Source: Vulcanisaeta sp. AZ3
GTDB lineage: Archaea; Thermoproteota; Thermoprotei; Thermoproteales; Thermocladiaceae
Direction: 5' to 3'
NCBI GenBank assembly: GCA_000960865.2
Contig: JZWU02000005.1
Coordinates: 1-64,000 of the forward strand
Length of the DNA stretch: 64,000 nucleotides
Position numbers and translations under genes: made by a program
The notes under the pieces: model-generated
Databases searched by the model: none
Told to the model about the DNA's origin: nothing
What the model saw: only the letters and a program-made list of their open reading frames with translations
In this document: piece by piece, positions 31,982 to 42,077 of the stretch
Layout: each line of letters begins with the position of its first letter
Numbering within the stretch: position 1 is the stretch's first letter

Positions 31982-32836
31982 CTAACCTCTCCTCATTATA
32001 TCTAGCACCATTTCCGCAATTAATCTGGCAATATTAACACCAGTGACCCTCTGTACATTCTTAAATTCAGGCACAGTATTTACCTCAAGCACCTTATAAC
32101 CACCGTCAACTTCAACAACATCAATACCTGCATAATAAGCCCCTATCGCCTTAACAGCCCTTACACTTATATCCTCGAGTTCAGGGTCTATCCTCGCAGG
32201 CTCCGCCTTTCCACCCCTAGCCGTATTTGTCCTCCAATCATCACCCACCACATACCTATATATTGCAGCAACAGCCTCATCACCAACCACAGTAACCCTA
32301 ATATCTCTACCAGGTTTCCTAATGAACTCCTGAACTAGATAAATACCATATTGAGGATTCTCCATGAGATCTCTATGTCTAGCGAGTAAATTCATATCCT
32401 CCACGCTACCCACGAGGCTTACTAATCTGCCCCAAGATCCATGGACAGGCTTAACAATAGCCGGAATACCAACATTATCCAGAGCCTTTACGGCAGCTCC
32501 TCTCGACATAGTAATTACTGTTCTCGGTACCGGAATGCCAAACCTATCTAATAGGGCTATTGATACTGCCTTGTTATTACCGACGAGTATTGATATTGAG
32601 GGATTTATGGATCTACCACCAAGCGCCTCATACATTTGAGCAATTATTTGTGTTCTATTCTGACTAACAGTTCTTATGAAAGCAAGTCCTGTATTGCCAT
32701 TGGGTATTGTGAAGACTAGCTCCTCAGCATTGACAAGCCTATAGTTAATGCCTAAATTATTGAACTCCCTAATGAGGAGCTTCTCGTCAAGTCTTATAGC
32801 ATCATAGAAGAAATTAACGACTTCAATCAGAACCAC
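31982..32836 (-). CDS. lysX: Alpha-aminoadipate--LysW ligase
   Basis: GSWGR, AIYR, WRTNTARGG and EVNTVPEF motifs; directly after lysW; start is GTG 32836 or ATT 32827. Confidence 0.88.
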   Translation of the reverse strand: MVLIEVVNFFYDAIRLDEKLLIREFNNLGINYRLVNAEELVFTIPNGNTGLAFIRTVSQNRTQIIAQMYEALGGRSINPSISILVGNNKAVSIALLDRFGIPVPRTVITMSRGAAVKALDNVGIPAIVKPVHGSWGRLVSLVGSVEDMNLLARHRDLMENPQYGIYLVQEFIRKPGRDIRVTVVGDEAVAAIYRYVVGDDWRTNTARGGKAEPARIDPELEDISVRAVKAIGAYYAGIDVVEVDGGYKVLEVNTVPEFKNVQRVTGVNIARLIAEMVLDIMRRG

Positions 32837-32841
32837 CCCAA

Positions 32842-33018
32842 TTACTCGCCCCAATCCTCCTCCTCAACCTCGATTAACTTTAGCTGTATTAGGCCATTCT
32901 GAATACTGACTTGGTACTTCTGACCACAACTTGGACAGCTTACTAACTCGCCGTCAAGTACATCATCTGGAATATTTACGTCTGCACCACACACCTGGCA
33001 AGCAACCTTTACTGGCAT
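32842..33018 (-). CDS. lysW: Amino-group carrier protein LysW (58 aa, absent from the ORF track)
   Basis: MPVKVACQVCG...SCPSCG...EEEDWGE*. Confidence 0.95.
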   Translation of the reverse strand: MPVKVACQVCGADVNIPDDVLDGELVSCPSCGQKYQVSIQNGLIQLKLIEVEEEDWGE

Positions 33019-33102
33019 CGAAATAATGATGAATATAACCTATTTAAGCATTGCGGTTATATCAAGATAGTATGTATTATATGGTGAAAGAATAAATATT
33101 AT

Positions 33103-33915
33103 TCAAGGCCTAGGAACAACGTGGGTACCAAGACCGCTCATAGCCGATGCTATTGGATTCTCAACAGTTCCATTGGATATAATCACATGCATACCCTTAT
33201 TCGCTAATTGGGCTGCTGTATAGACCTTCCTCTTCATGCCACCCCTGACCTCTGGATTCTTAAAGAGCTCTCTAGCCTCCTCACTAGTTACTTTAGCAAT
33301 GATATTACCGTTGATTAGGACACCATTAACATCTGTTAATATGATTACAAAGTCAGGATTCAATGAATATGCCAGAGTCTCGAGCACTTGATCCCCATCA
33401 ACATTTAATGGACTCCCACTCTTAATATCCATGGCTATGGGAGCTATAACTGGTATGAGATTCTCATCTAATAACCTATGCATGAAATCAGCATTAATAC
33501 TCTCTATTTTGCCTGTATAGCCACCATCAATGACCCTCTCTCTACCCCTCTCATCAATTATTATAACAGACTCCCTTTTCCTAGCCCTTAATAGGCCAGC
33601 ATCAATACCAGAAAGACCAATGGCCTTAACACCAGCGCCTTGTAATCTGGAGACCAGTTCTTTATTTATGTACATCATACCCATTACGTAGATCCTAAGT
33701 GTTTCCAGGTCAGTATACCTAAATGTCACACCACTGGGGCTTGTCATAATCCTAGGCTTAAGGCCCATTCTTTCCATAAGTTCATTTATGAAATAACCAC
33801 CACCATGAATAAGTACAATCTTATGGCCATTATTAATTAGGGTTGGCATCTCCCTAACTAAATTATCCACACCCCTTTTGATTACTGAACCACCGACCTT
33901 AACGACAATAAGCAT
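33103..33915 (-). CDS. lysZ: LysW-aminoadipate/glutamate kinase (LysZ/ArgB)
   Basis: VVKVGGS, HGGG, NVDGD and GGMKRK motifs; leaderless ATG 33915. Confidence 0.92.
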   Translation of the reverse strand: MLIVVKVGGSVIKRGVDNLVREMPTLINNGHKIVLIHGGGYFINELMERMGLKPRIMTSPSGVTFRYTDLETLRIYVMGMMYINKELVSRLQGAGVKAIGLSGIDAGLLRARKRESVIIIDERGRERVIDGGYTGKIESINADFMHRLLDENLIPVIAPIAMDIKSGSPLNVDGDQVLETLAYSLNPDFVIILTDVNGVLINGNIIAKVTSEEARELFKNPEVRGGMKRKVYTAAQLANKGMHVIISNGTVENPIASAMSGLGTHVVPRP

Positions 33916-33990
33916 TAGAAGAGACCTAGATATTGATATTATAAATATTGCCACACAATTCTACTCTAAACTATGTAGGGGGTTGTATGA

Positions 33991-35187
33991 TTAAGTGAGC
34001 TTACCATATTCATTAACAGCTTCACGTATTCTCCTAATACCCTCTCTAATTCTATCAATACTCTCAACAACAAAGGATACCCTAATTGCACCTCTGTAGA
34101 TTTCTGAGAAATAAGTTCCAGGTATTACCGTAACGCCAAACCTCTCTAAGAGCATCTCTGCAAATTTCTCAGAATCATCTATATACCTAGATAGATCTAC
34201 GAATATGAACATGGAACCCTTTGGAATTCTAAAACGAGCCTCAGGCAGATACTCCTTAAGTGCATTGACGGCAGCATCTCTCCTAGCCCTGTACTCCTCA
34301 ATCACGTACTTGAGGTGCCTCATCCTAACTTCTGACCTTAAGTAAGTCATTACGAACCTCTGAGCAACGACAGGAGGACAGTAGGTCATTTCCTCGGCAG
34401 CTAATTTCAATTTTGGTACTGCCTCACCAGGTCCGTATAAGAACCCGAGTCTCCAACCTGGTATCCCTGGATCCTTGGAGAATGTATTTATTGATATTAC
34501 GTGATCTAGTGCGTACTTATACATATAGGTATGCTCCCCCTCATATATGAGGGTTCTATAGGCCTCGTCGGATACTATCCAGAAATCCTTGTCTTTCGCT
34601 AAATCAGCCATGGCTTTAGCTGTATCCTTATCGATTATGTTCCCCGTTGGATTATCTGGGGATACTATGACTAGGGCCTTTGTTTTATTAGTTATTAATT
34701 CCTTTAGTTTTTCAATATCAATCTTAAATCCATCCTCAATATTTAAGTGCAGCCTCCTCACTTTACCGCCGAAGTATTCTATTATTGATTTATAGCCAAA
34801 GTATGTAGGATCAAGTAAAATTACCTCATCGCCTGGGTTTAGTATTGTCATAAATGTCGCAAACATACCCTCCTGACCGCCCGTGACTATGACTATGTCA
34901 TCAGGGCTAACATCAATACCACCAAGTCTCTTTAAATCCTCAGAAATAGCCTCCCTTAAATCAATTATTCCCTGGCTTGGTGTATAGCCGTAGAGCTCCA
35001 TACCTCTTTCCTCGAGAAGCTGCTTGGCAAGTATTGATCTAATTTCGATGGGTGGTTGTATTCCAGGTTGACCTGCTGAGAGGTTTATTATGTCCTTATT
35101 TTCACGCCTTAGCCTTTCTCTAATGGCGTCTATTCTACGGGTTGGTGACTCCCTTAAAAATGATATAGCTTGGGAAAAGCCGCGCAT
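33991..35187 (-). CDS. Class I PLP aminotransferase (aspartate/aminoadipate type)
   Basis: PDNPTG, DEAY and TFSKDPGIPGWRLG motifs; ATG 35187 fits TATA spacing. Confidence 0.88.
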   Translation of the reverse strand: MRGFSQAISFLRESPTRRIDAIRERLRRENKDIINLSAGQPGIQPPIEIRSILAKQLLEERGMELYGYTPSQGIIDLREAISEDLKRLGGIDVSPDDIVIVTGGQEGMFATFMTILNPGDEVILLDPTYFGYKSIIEYFGGKVRRLHLNIEDGFKIDIEKLKELITNKTKALVIVSPDNPTGNIIDKDTAKAMADLAKDKDFWIVSDEAYRTLIYEGEHTYMYKYALDHVISINTFSKDPGIPGWRLGFLYGPGEAVPKLKLAAEEMTYCPPVVAQRFVMTYLRSEVRMRHLKYVIEEYRARRDAAVNALKEYLPEARFRIPKGSMFIFVDLSRYIDDSEKFAEMLLERFGVTVIPGTYFSEIYRGAIRVSFVVESIDRIREGIRRIREAVNEYGKLT

Positions 35188-35292
35188 TGCATAATCTAGT
35201 TCTTTAGGGTATATATACATTATGTATACATGACATGGGTATTAGAATCTTAGGGGCAAAGCTTATAAAATATTTAGAATTACGGAGTGTGA

Positions 35293-36373
35293 ATGATTCG
35301 GATTAAGAAGACGCTACTTAGTACTTCAGGATGGAAGTATATATCGTGGTTATGCCTTTGGTGCTGATGGTAATGCCGTTGGGGAGGTCGTCTTCACAAC
35401 AGCTAACGTTGGCTATCCTGAATCACTCACAGATCCGTCGTATAAGGGGCAAATACTCATATTCACAATGCCGCTAATCGGCAATTACGGCGTATCGCCA
35501 GACCAATGGGAGAGCAGCTCAATTCAAGTTAGTGGTATAGTTGTATTTGATGTAACATCACCAAGCCATTATACGTCAATAATGAGTCTTGATGAGTGGT
35601 TAAGGAGGGATGGTATACCTGGTGTCTTTAGGGTTGATACGAGGGCTATAACTATCAAGTTAAGGGAGCTGGGTGTTATGATGGGCGCTATAGCTGATAA
35701 TCCGGCTGAGGGGTTTAGGTTGATTAGAAGTGCTCCTCGTTATGATGATTTTGATTTCGTAAAGCTCGTGTCACCAAGTGACATAATTAATTATGATAAT
35801 AATGATGGACCATGTATAGGTATTGTGGATTGTGGCGTAAAAATGGGTATTGTGAGAAACTTACTAGCAAGAGGCGTTAGGGTTGTTAGATATCCTTGTC
35901 ATATGTGGTCCAGGGTTATTAACGAATGCGACGGTGTCGTCTTAAGCAACGGTCCAGGCAACCCAAATCTCTTGAACTTTCTCATAGATGCCGTGACAGA
36001 CATAATTATGGATAGAAAGCCAACCCTAGGTATATGCCTAGGTCACCAAGTAATAGCCCTTGGTGTGGGGGCGAGACTTTATAAGATGAAGTATGGACAC
36101 AGAGCGATAAACAAGCCTGTGCTAGACTTAATTAGGGGAAGAGTCTACGTGACAACTCACAACCATGGTTATGCTGTAGATCCGCAATCAATAAAGGGTA
36201 CGGGCTTTAAGATATGGGCAGTACAACCCGATGATAAGACTGTAGAGGGTTTGATACATGAGAAGTTACCAATAATAACTACGCAATTCCATCCAGAGGC
36301 TAGGCCTGGGCCCAATGATACTACTTGGATCTTTGATGAGTTCATAAAGTTAGTGATGAGGTATGGACATTAG
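35293..36373 (+). CDS. carA: Carbamoyl-phosphate synthase small subunit; ATG 35293 is out of frame and the enzyme frame is reached by +1
   Basis: YLVLQDG, GEVVFTT and GYPESLTDPSYKGQI all lie upstream of the first in-frame ATG (35468); SNGPGNP, GICLGHQ and QFHPE motifs. Confidence 0.9.
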
Positions 36374-39300
36374 GAGAGTCCTCGTTATAGGCAGTGGACC
36401 AATAAAGATTGCAGAGGCTGCGGAGTTCGATTATTCAGGTATACAAGCTTTGAAGGCCTATAGGGAGGAGGGGCTGACTACAATTCTCGTTAATCCTAAT
36501 GTGGCCACTGTCCAAACCACGAGAGTTTTTGCCGATAGGGTATACCTGGCACCAATAAAGCCTGAGTTTCTTATTAAGATTATTGAGAAGGAAAGACCTG
36601 ATGTAATAGCCTGTGGCTTTGGTGGCCAGACGGCCTTGTCCGCATGCGTTAACTTAAATGACATGGGCGTTTTTAGGGAGTATGGTATTAAGGTCCTGGG
36701 AACACCTATTGAGGGTATCAGGTCTGCCCTTAGTAGGGAGTTGTTTAAAGAATTAATAGGTAAGTATGAGATACCAGCGTTACCCTCAATAACCACCCAC
36801 ACATTGAGCGAGGCTATTGAAGCCGCAAATAAATTGGGTTACCCAATCCTAGCCAGGGTATCCTTCAACCTAGGTGGTGCTGGAGCCTTTATGGCCAATA
36901 ATGATGAGGAGTTAATTAACAAATACCATAAGGCCTTAGCACAGAGTGAGATTAAAGAGGTGCTCGTTGAGAAGTATATCGGCGGCTGGAAGGAGATAGA
37001 GTTTGAAGTCATGAGGGATTCTTATGGAAACTCTGTGGCCGTCGTATGCATGGAGAATGTAGATCCCATGGGGATTCATACTGGTGATTCTGTTGTCGTA
37101 GCACCATGCTTAACACTAACTAACGAGGAATATCAGAGGGCTAGGCTACTTTCGATAGAAGTTGCTAATGCAATAAGTCTTATTGGCGAGTGTAATGTGC
37201 AAGTAGCAATAAATCCAAACGGGCCGGATATGTATGTCATAGAAACAAACCCAAGGATGAGCAGATCAAGTGCACTGGCAAGTAAGGCTTCGGGTTATCC
37301 TCTGGCATACATGGCGGCTAAATTAACGCTTGGTTATAGGCTTGATGAGCTAATAAATAAGGTTACTAATAAGACTGTAGCCGCCTTCGAACCGGCCCTC
37401 GACTACATAGTAGTTAAGATACCGAGGTGGGAGAACGATAGGTTTGAGGTTAATGAGCCGCTGGGACCTGAAATGATGAGTATTGGCGAGGTGATGGGAA
37501 TTGGCAGGACTCTTGAGGAAGCTTGGCAGAAGGCCGTTAGGATGTTAGACATTGGGGAGCCAGGCTTAGTTGGTGGCCGTGTGTATGAGGAGGCGAGTAT
37601 TGAGGAGGCTAGGGAGGGGGTTATTGGGAGGAAGCCGTATTGGTTCTTATACGCAGCTGTGCTTCTTAGGGAGGGGGTTAGTGTTGATGAGATTAATAGG
37701 TGGACTGGGGTGGATAGGTTCTTCTTGAATGCCATTAAGAGGGTTGTGGATGTTTATGAGAGACTTAAGAGAGGCTTGATTAACCTTAGTGAGGATGTCA
37801 TTGAGGAGCTATATGTGCTTGGCTTTAATGAGGAGCAATTACGTAAGGCTTTAGGTAAAGATGTACCTGAGAGGTTACCTGTCGTCAAGCAAATCGATAC
37901 TTTAGCTGGAGAGTGGCCCGCCAATACTAATTATTTATACTTAACCCATGGTGGTGAGTTTGATGATTATACAGGACCTAATGTAGATGCGATAGTTACG
38001 GGTGCTGGTGTGTTTAGGATTGGGGTTTCCGTCGAGTTTGATTGGGCGGTCGTTAATACCGTGCTGGCACTTAGAAGATTAGGACTTAGAATTGGCATTG
38101 TTAATTATAATCCCGAGACTGTGAGTACAGATTGGGACTTTGCGAATAAGCTATTCTTCGATGAATTAACACCGAGGACCATTAGAAATATCTTAATTAA
38201 GGAAGGGCCGAGGTTGATTGCGCTTTGGGCTGGGGGTCAGATTGGGCAGAGACTTTATGGTAAGGTAAAGTCCTGGTTAATCGATGGTGTGGAGATCTTA
38301 GGCACACAACCCGAGGGCGTAGATCTAGCTGAAGATAGGGTAAAGTTCTCAAGGTTACTTGAGGAGTTAGGGCTTGATCAGCCGCCATGGGCGTTTGCAA
38401 GCAGTCTCGATGAGTTAATAGGCTTAGTTGAGAGGTGGTTGGATTATCCAGTCATAGTAAGGCCTAGTTATGTATTGGGTGGCACGTATATGGGGCTTGC
38501 AAGAGATAGGGATGAACTTATTAAGTATGTGAGCAGGGCGACTAAAATAAGCCCTGAGCATCCTGTTGTGGTGTCTAAGTTTATTGGTGATGGAACTGAG
38601 GCTGAGGTTGATGGGGTTAGTGATGGTAAATCAACTATTGTAATCCCGATTGAGCATATTGAACCACCAGGTGTCCATTCTGGGGATAGTACTATGGTAA
38701 TATCACCCAGGGGTTTAGACTATAAGCTAAATGATTATTGGTGGGGTAAGGTGGGTGATGCAGCTCATAGAATAGCTAATGCTCTAAGCGTTAAGGGTCC
38801 CTTCAATGTGCAGTTCATTGTGAAAGATAAGCTTTACATCATAGAGGCTAATGTTAGAGCTAGCAGGTCAATGCCATTTACGAGTAAGGCCGTGGGCATT
38901 AACCTAATGGACATATCTGTTAAGGCAGCTCTAAGAGGTCTAGGCATGGATAAGGACTACCTAATACTGAGACCGAGACTTTGGTGGGTTAAGACAAGTC
39001 AATTTTCCTGGAGTAGGGTTAGGGGTGCTTATCCAAGGCTCGGCCCAGTTATGTATTCTACAGGCGAGGTAGCCTCTATGGGGCGTAGTTTCGAGGAGGC
39101 CTTACTTAAGGCTTGGTTATCTACAACGCCATCTAGAGTACCTCGCAACAGTGCCCTGGTGTATACATATGATAAATACTTAGAAAGGAGTATTGATGCA
39201 GTTATTAATGAATTAAATGGTTGGGTTAAGGTGATTACGGAGCCAAATGGGATTAAGGATGATTTAAAGACTGGGCATGTAGATATCGTAATTACTGGTG

Positions 39301-39488
39301 GTGATACTAGGGATTATGATTATGAAATACGTAGATTAGCTGTAGATACGGCAACACCCATAATCCTCCACCCAGCACTAGGCCTTGAGCTAGCCCACGC
39401 TTTTAAATGGCTATGGCTAGGTAATGAAGCTAGCGTGATTGAGCTTTGGGAAGCTAATGGTATTAATGGAGTTAATTTAGGCGATTAA
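36363..39488 (+). CDS. carB: Carbamoyl-phosphate synthase large subunit
   Basis: GSGPIKI, EFDYSG, HTGDS and NPRMSRSSALASKA motifs; duplicated ATP-grasp halves. Confidence 0.95.
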   Translation: MDIRRVLVIGSGPIKIAEAAEFDYSGIQALKAYREEGLTTILVNPNVATVQTTRVFADRVYLAPIKPEFLIKIIEKERPDVIACGFGGQTALSACVNLNDMGVFREYGIKVLGTPIEGIRSALSRELFKELIGKYEIPALPSITTHTLSEAIEAANKLGYPILARVSFNLGGAGAFMANNDEELINKYHKALAQSEIKEVLVEKYIGGWKEIEFEVMRDSYGNSVAVVCMENVDPMGIHTGDSVVVAPCLTLTNEEYQRARLLSIEVANAISLIGECNVQVAINPNGPDMYVIETNPRMSRSSALASKASGYPLAYMAAKLTLGYRLDELINKVTNKTVAAFEPALDYIVVKIPRWENDRFEVNEPLGPEMMSIGEVMGIGRTLEEAWQKAVRMLDIGEPGLVGGRVYEEASIEEAREGVIGRKPYWFLYAAVLLREGVSVDEINRWTGVDRFFLNAIKRVVDVYERLKRGLINLSEDVIEELYVLGFNEEQLRKALGKDVPERLPVVKQIDTLAGEWPANTNYLYLTHGGEFDDYTGPNVDAIVTGAGVFRIGVSVEFDWAVVNTVLALRRLGLRIGIVNYNPETVSTDWDFANKLFFDELTPRTIRNILIKEGPRLIALWAGGQIGQRLYGKVKSWLIDGVEILGTQPEGVDLAEDRVKFSRLLEELGLDQPPWAFASSLDELIGLVERWLDYPVIVRPSYVLGGTYMGLARDRDELIKYVSRATKISPEHPVVVSKFIGDGTEAEVDGVSDGKSTIVIPIEHIEPPGVHSGDSTMVISPRGLDYKLNDYWWGKVGDAAHRIANALSVKGPFNVQFIVKDKLYIIEANVRASRSMPFTSKAVGINLMDISVKAALRGLGMDKDYLILRPRLWWVKTSQFSWSRVRGAYPRLGPVMYSTGEVASMGRSFEEALLKAWLSTTPSRVPRNSALVYTYDKYLERSIDAVINELNGWVKVITEPNGIKDDLKTGHVDIVITGGDTRDYDYEIRRLAVDTATPIILHPALGLELAHAFKWLWLGNEASVIELWEANGINGVNLGD

Positions 39489-39491
39489 TGC

Positions 39492-40635
39492 TTACGATCT
39501 CTCCTCAATTGGTATATACTTAAGTCCAATGGGTCCTGTATACCTCTCTGTAGGTCTTATCAGCTTACCATTCATCTGCCAATACTCAAGGGTATGTGCT
39601 GTCCAACCAACCATTCTTGCCATTGCGAAGTTGGCGGGATTATACTCGGGTGGGAATCCTAGGAAGTAAAATATTAGTGATGTATATAGGTCAGTATTTG
39701 CATAAATCCCCTTACTACTTAGGTGCTTTTCCACAGCTCTTTCAAGAGCAAGAGTAGTTTCGTAAAGTTTAACATAATCACTACCTCCCTCCTTAGCCAG
39801 ATCACTGGCAATAGCCCTGAGGTAAGTAAGCCTTGGATCGGCATACTTCTTATACAATCTATGACCAAAGCCTATGATCTTCTCCCCACGCCTCAACTTC
39901 TCCACCACATAGTTCTCAGCTTTAGATGGATCGGTGGCTTCCATTATTGTCCTCAGGGCTTCGAAACTCGCTCCTCCATGTAACGGACCCTTAAGACCCG
40001 ATAAAGCAGCTACCATAACCGAATAGATATCACTCCATGTCGAGGCCACAGTGACTGCTGTAAAGGAGGAGTTATTCATTCCATGTTCCATGTATGTTAT
40101 GAACATTGCCTCAAGAGCCCTTAACTCAGTGGTGCTAGGCTCCTTATTAAAGAACATGTAGAAATAATCGGCCACGTGACCTAAATCATCCCGTGGCCTT
40201 GGTATAATTCCATCACTACTTAATCTATAGTACGTAGCCACTATGGTGGGTGCCTTTGCTATGATAGATATGGCCTTCTCATAATCATTCTTACCCTTAC
40301 TAAAAGCCTCCTTTATCCAAGGTGCCTAAATGATTGATTGAAAGTCTGAGTACATCAATCGGACGTAGACCTCTCGGTAACTCTCTAAGTAAACTCAATA
40401 CCTCATTCGGTAGTTCTCTATTCATGGCCAACAAATCCTTAAAACTTGCTAGCCCCTCCTTATTGGGCAACTTCCCATTTAATAATAAATAGGCTACCTC
40501 CTCAAAGTTAGCCTTTACGGCAAGTTCTGATAAATCATAACCCCTATAGTAAATTTTCGCATTATCAAGGTCTATGAAACATACTTTACTCTCTTTAACT
40601 ATTATTCCCTCAAGACCCCAAGCAACTGTTGCCAT
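39492..40635 (-). pseudogene. gltA: Si-citrate synthase split by a +1 frameshift near 40300-40316
   Basis: N-part has GLEG..IYYRGY..FEEVAYLL; C-part has EHGMN, GPLHGGA, GFGHRLY and NTD; frames join as LDK|EAFSKGKNDYEKAISIIAKAPTIVA. Confidence 0.8.
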
Positions 40636-40678
40636 AAATAGCAATTTTCACAAATGAGCAGTTCTTTAAATTTATTTA

Positions 40679-42034
40679 TCATAATAGTTTAAGTAAATTA
40701 TCTACATTTGACTTATTATTCATTAACCAATTACTTAATTCATTAAGTTTCAACAATCTCTTCTTGGCCTCTTTCCTGACTTGATCCGAATTCGGTGAAC
40801 CCTCATTGATTTTTTGAGCTATTATTTCGGCCGGCGGCAATGAGACTTTGGTAATCTCATTATTCTTGACAGCTCTCGCAACCTCATTATAAACATCTCT
40901 AAAGGGCCTATGCTCACTTATTGATATGGTTTCTGCGTATTCCGCGGTGGTTACGGGATACTTAGACAAGTCCTCCTTGATTCTATCCTCATTTGTATCT
41001 AGGTTCTCTATGAAGTCTCTCAATATTTTCAAGCCATTAATTGCTATCCTCATTACAGCCCAGGCATGCCTAGTGGCTTCTTGAAGGTCGAGCTGATATC
41101 CTAACTCCACTGGCCTCTCTATGGAAAATATAGCCATTAAATGCCCAACAGCCTCACCAATCCTAGCCCTAAAAACCTCCAGTGTAGCTGGGTTACGCTT
41201 ATGAGGCATGATACTGCTAGTGGCCAGATGGCTTGGATTGGCTGTTACGTAGCCTAATTGTGGCATTAGCCACATCTCAATATTATTTATGAACCTACCA
41301 ATCTCAACGAGGTATGAGACTACTAAAGCGATTACTTGTGTCATGAAGAACCTAGACCCGGTAGCGTAAATACTATTATTGACAATTTCTCCAAAGCCCA
41401 ACTCATTAGCCTCCCTAACTCTATCGATCTTAGTCATAACGCCCGCTAGAGGCCCCGTGCCTAACGGTGATTTATTAATCACTGTATAGGAACTTATGAG
41501 CAAGTCTAGGAAATCATTTGTTAATTCATCTAGGGCTAGTAAATAATGACCTAAGGTGGTGACTTGGGCAGGCTGTCTATGTGTGGAACCTATTAATAGC
41601 CTGTCGGCAGTTTCCCAAGCCTTATTGAGAAGCGTCTTCCTTAGGTTAATGAGCGTGTCTATTAATTCAAGAGCGTACTCCTTAAGCCTAAGCCTAATAG
41701 CTGTAGCTACATGGTCATTCCTAGACCTACCAAGCCCAATCCAACCGCCGATAGGACCAACTCTTTTAATTAACTCGGCTTCCACGAACTCATGGACATC
41801 CTCAAATTCCTCACTAGGTCTATAACCATCACGGTAAATCTCCCTTAGGGCATTCCTAAGTCTACTGGCATCCTCATTATTTATGATACCTTGTCTCTCG
41901 AGCTCATTAACGTGGATTATTAAGGCAATAATTACGTACTTAAAGATCTCGACATCATTATTAATCGACGATATGTACCTAACCTTAGTCTCATCTCCGA
42001 AACCAAGTAACTCCCTACGATACACAGGCCACAT
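40679..42034 (-). CDS. argH: Argininosuccinate lyase
   Basis: EDVH, GRSRND, THRQPAQ and SSIMPHKRNP motifs. Confidence 0.93.
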   Translation of the reverse strand: MWPVYRRELLGFGDETKVRYISSINNDVEIFKYVIIALIIHVNELERQGIINNEDASRLRNALREIYRDGYRPSEEFEDVHEFVEAELIKRVGPIGGWIGLGRSRNDHVATAIRLRLKEYALELIDTLINLRKTLLNKAWETADRLLIGSTHRQPAQVTTLGHYLLALDELTNDFLDLLISSYTVINKSPLGTGPLAGVMTKIDRVREANELGFGEIVNNSIYATGSRFFMTQVIALVVSYLVEIGRFINNIEMWLMPQLGYVTANPSHLATSSIMPHKRNPATLEVFRARIGEAVGHLMAIFSIERPVELGYQLDLQEATRHAWAVMRIAINGLKILRDFIENLDTNEDRIKEDLSKYPVTTAEYAETISISEHRPFRDVYNEVARAVKNNEITKVSLPPAEIIAQKINEGSPNSDQVRKEAKKRLLKLNELSNWLMNNKSNVDNLLKLL

Positions 42035-42077
42035 AATAAACCCCCAATTTTTAATAGTATCTAAATGAGTAAACTAC

